A stretch of 63,690 nucleotides of DNA, the filler included, from Octopus bimaculoides (Eukaryota): the NCBI RefSeq assembly GCF_001194135.2. It is 3 parts of 3 records of this genome, joined end to end, with 100 filler letters (N's around TTAATTAATTAA, not from the genome) between each part and the next. Parts side by side here need not be neighbours in the genome. Positions count along the whole stretch, not along the records: positions 61,022 to 63,690 come from NC_068982.1; 2 more parts are not named here. The stretch is one strand, 5' to 3'. The notes under the pieces are model-generated. The model was not told the origin of the DNA, ran no database searches, and worked only from the letters and a program-made list of their open reading frames with translations. The position numbers and the translations under genes are program-made. Shown here piece by piece: positions 61,097 to 63,690 of the stretch (its first letter is position 1; every line of letters begins with the position of its first letter).

Positions 61097-62491
61097 TGTG
61101 TTTCTGTACTATCATTTGGGTATGTGGCAAGATGAGCCAAAATACGCCATCCCGGTTGAAGTGTTTACAGACGGGGTGGATGAAGCGGGTAAACGCAGGA
61201 CGGCCGGTATTTCCGTGTCTTAATGAAAGCATATTTGCCAACGGAACGCTGCTACCGGACAACACACAGCCTTGCCCCCATGGACAGCGATACGCCGCCG
61301 GACAGAGGTCAGGCCTGGTCACCACCAGCTATTTTACTAGTTTCATCACCCCACCTCCATCCTGACCTCAACTCGTAACGTTTTGTATGCCCACATATTC
61401 TGTAAGTCCGTCCGTCCGTCTGTCTGTCTGTCTCCCGCTCACTCTGATCGTCTGCCTATGTCATTTTTTATATTTACATCATCATCATATTGTTTTTTTT
61501 TGTCTCTTGCATATACATGTACAAATACATGCATGTACACATACAGAAACAATGTACCACACAGGCATGTGCGCGAGCATGCGTGTGTTCACAAAGACAT
61601 GCACACTCCGACACACCAACACACACACACATAGATATATTTATATTTATACATATATATATACATGTGTGTGTGTGTGTGTGTGTGTGTCGCTCTCTCT
61701 TTCTCTCTGCCTCTTTTTCTATATAAATATATATATGTCAAGATGGACTTATGTATTCTTCCTCACATTTAGATTTTTATGTATTCTCTCTCCCACTTGG
61801 ATTTGAAATGTTGCCACATTTATAATATGTCTTTTCTACAGTAATTTTCTGCATTTTCGTGCAGCTGAAGATTGCTCTTCATATTGCATTTAATGTAATG
61901 CTCGCATTACTTAAATAAATTGAAGTAGCATGAAACGTGCGTACTGCAATGACCTTTGAAATCCGTGTTGCTTATTTTTTTATTTTAATCACCTATCCTT
62001 TTGGGATGCGATATTCGGGTGCCTACGCATAAGTACCGTATTCAAGCCTTGAATCTATATCTAAACCGTAAGCGTAGTTATATGGTAAGAAGCTTACTTC
62101 CCAACCACATGTCTCCGGGTTCAGTTCTACTGCGTGGCACCTTGGTCAAGTGTCCCACCGAAGCCTTGTGAGTGGATTTGGTAGACGGAACCCGAAAGAA
62201 GCCCGTCATATGTAAGTGTGTGTGTGTGTGTGTGTGTCTGTGTTTGTCCCCCCCCCCACCATCGCTTAGTTAAGAAAGGTGAAAGTCAAAGTGAGTTTAC
62301 GATCGTTTCTGTGTGTCATGGTGACGAAAAATATATTTTTATATTTTTGCCTCGTTGCCAATGCCAGACATCATATACCAAGGACCATACCTACTGAGGT
62401 AATTACCAGGAGTGCCTCTGGATATATGTATCCCTTAGAGGCTATAAACACCTATAACTTATACCTATATATATATATGTATGTGTGTATG

Positions 62492-62540
<49 letters not shown>

Positions 62541-62550
62541 NNNNNNNNNN

Positions 62551-62598
<48 letters not shown>

Positions 62599-63026
62599 TG
62601 TATGTCGTTTTTCAGTTTTATTTCGAGGTTTCTTGCCAATAGAGAAAGAACCGGTTTCTAACCTAGATCCAAGGCTCCTTCATTGAAATTTTAACAACAT
62701 CAGCAGGGTATTTTTGCATGCATTATGTACGTACGTACGTATGTATGTATGTATGTATGTATGTATGTATGTATGTATGTATGTACGTACGTTTGTGTGT
62801 GTACAGCACATACCCTCATTATACCCCAAACCTGCAATGTGAATTCGATGTCGCTCGTATTTCTTTCCTCTCGATATATTGTAGCTTTCAAATCTCTTTG
62901 AAAAACGGTAAAATGAAAACGTTCGACTCTCTTCAAGAAATTATATATAAATATATATATATATTTATATAAACATATAAACATATAAACATATATATAT
63001 ATATATATATATATANNNNNNNNNNG

Positions 63027-63435
63027 ATATTGAAAAGCTGTGGACCTCTGAAGCCCAGGCTATTGCAGTATCTTGCCCCGCATCTTGATGGCAAATTTGG
63101 AGTATTTGGCACTATGCAGTGGCGCCCAGTTCTAGTATTTGTGTAACTCTCGATGCCAAAGTTTGGGACAAGTACTTCTAGGATCTTCCAGATGTATATT
63201 ATGGCCTATCTTTCTCGCCTACGCTCGAAGGAATAGAATCTTAATCTCTTGTGTCTTTCCCAATAGCTTATATGCTGTATAGAGGTTATCCGTGTAGCTT
63301 CGTTAGACTGCCTTAAGTTCTGCAATTGATTTGACACTGGTTGGTGACCATAGCTGAGAGCAATAGTCAAAGTGGCTTAGGACAAGTGTCCTCCAGAGGA
63401 CCATCATGCTCTCCCGATCTCTTGTTCTAAAAGTG
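63027..63435 (-). mobile_element. CR1-group LINE fragment (RT C-terminal region)
   Basis: TFRTRDRESMMVLWRTLVLSHFDYCSQLWSP...ELKAV*RSYT...SYWERHKRLRFYSFERRRE...IIYIWKILE..VPN...SLGFRGPQLFN. Confidence 0.8.
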
Positions 63436-63474
<39 letters not shown>

Positions 63475-63690
63475 AATCCCCGCCAAAAAACGAAGAAAAA
63501 CACAAGAAAACAGCAACAACGCGAGGACGTGGTACATGCAAAGCATTAATAAGACGCACAGGGAAGGAAAGAAAGGTTGCTTTACGTTTCGAGCAAAGCT
63601 TTTCTTCAGAAACAGGAGACAGAGGAAAGTCCAAGAGAAAAGGAAGACGGAGGAAAAAAACCGCCAACGATCCACATGTAGTTACATTAT

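Overview
AT-rich, gap-ridden eukaryotic genomic DNA with dense microsatellites and tRNA-derived SINEs. It is most likely from a cephalopod (Octopus); this is inferred from the repeat landscape and a mollusc-type protein, not from a database match. No ORF in the supplied track is a complete gene. One real spliced gene is visible on the minus strand: eight exons between 52010 and 30272, all with GT-AG sites and compatible phases, encode four tandem 10-cysteine VWC-like domains of a probably secreted glycoprotein. A 24-nt candidate microexon at 59092-59115 may belong to it, and neither end of the gene is identified. The rest is mostly mobile-element debris: at least four SINE families, R4/Dong/Hero-like RLE retrotransposon fragments sitting in (TAA)n or (CATA)n microsatellites, RTE and CR1-like LINE pieces, mariner/hAT-type MITEs, foldback hairpins, and Penelope-like remnants. 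The most interesting RNA signal is a set of type I hammerhead ribozyme motifs with palindromic stem III. The best one (38010-38066) has an intact core and lies just downstream of a Penelope GIY-YIG ORF. Exon and ribozyme coordinates were counted by hand; repeat boundaries are approximate.
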